39,789 nt of DNA from a virus. Lineage: Duplodnaviria > Caudoviricetes. Position numbers and translations under genes: made by a program. How positions within the stretch are numbered: position 1 is the stretch's first letter; every line of letters starts with the position of its first letter. The stretch spans positions 1 to 39,789 of the IMG/VR virus record IMGVR_UViG_3300033067_001294; one strand, written 5' to 3'. Under the pieces are notes generated by a model that was given only the letters and a program-made list of their open reading frames with translations, did not search any database and was not told where the DNA came from. Positions 39,539-39,789 of the stretch are shown piece after piece.

Positions 39539-39789
39539 CTATTTTCCTTTCACGATCTTTATTTTGTCGCCAGTGCGATCAATGACAACCGCCCACGGCC
39601 CAACCGGCTTTGCAGCCTTCGCTTTTGACCAGAGGCATACGGTTGATTTTCCTTCGCAGGCTTCCACCGTGGCGCTGTCGTAGGCTTCCACCGTGGCGCT
39701 GTCGTAGGCTTCCACCGTGGCGCTGTCGTAGGCTTCCACCGTGGCGCTGTCGTAGGCTTCCACCGTGGCGCTGCCGTAGGCTTCCACCG
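39539..39789 (-). CDS. 3' part of the octapeptide-repeat protein (joins 1..628)
   Basis: Same repeat and compatible frame after removing the 93-bp terminal overlap. Confidence 0.8.
   Translation of the reverse strand, partial: VEAYGSATVEAYDSATVEAYDSATVEAYDSATVEAYDSATVEACEGKSTVCLWSKAKAAKPVGPWAVVIDRTGDKIKIVKGK
39697..39789. repeat. 93-bp terminal direct repeat identical to 1..93 (circular assembly overlap)
   Basis: Three 'gtc' units plus one partial 'gcc' unit match positions 1-93. Confidence 0.8.

Larger units (their letters stand above)
1..39789. mobile_element. Temperate podovirus-like bacteriophage genome (near complete, circular)
   Basis: Integrase, repressor, replication, packaging, capsid, short-tail and lysis modules; no tape measure or sheath gene; no host genes. 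Confidence 0.92.

Noticed and set aside
39697-39789. Biological terminal repeat of the packaged genome
   Set aside because: It lies inside a coding tandem repeat and is better explained as an assembly overlap.

Overview
This window looks like an essentially complete ~39.7-kb temperate tailed-phage genome with podovirus-like architecture. The first and last 93 bp are identical and one gene reads across the junction. It carries a CI/Cro-like switch, a tyrosine integrase with a putative attP, and an early leftward operon (ERF annealase, Cas4-like nuclease, SSB, initiator with iterons, RusA, many Cys-rich small ORFs). A late leftward operon encodes holin-like protein, M15 endolysin, fibres, portal, scaffold, MCP, tail tube and nozzle proteins, ejection proteins and a 3551-aa DarB-like methylase-helicase polyvalent protein. 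The most unusual points are: (1) four consecutive fibre-region proteins that all begin with Sec-type signal peptides; (2) a TnpV-like gene with its own RBS overprinted inside the giant methylase-helicase gene; (3) a 60-nt tRNA-like element lacking the anticodon arm, plus a degenerate tRNA-Trp, interleaved with GAAA-tetraloop terminator hairpins; (4) an inverted terL-terS pair in reversed order on an apparently leaderless transcript; (5) an FtsK-gamma-like domain in the giant protein; (6) tandem nozzle paralogues. All family assignments come from motif recognition by eye; no searches were run.
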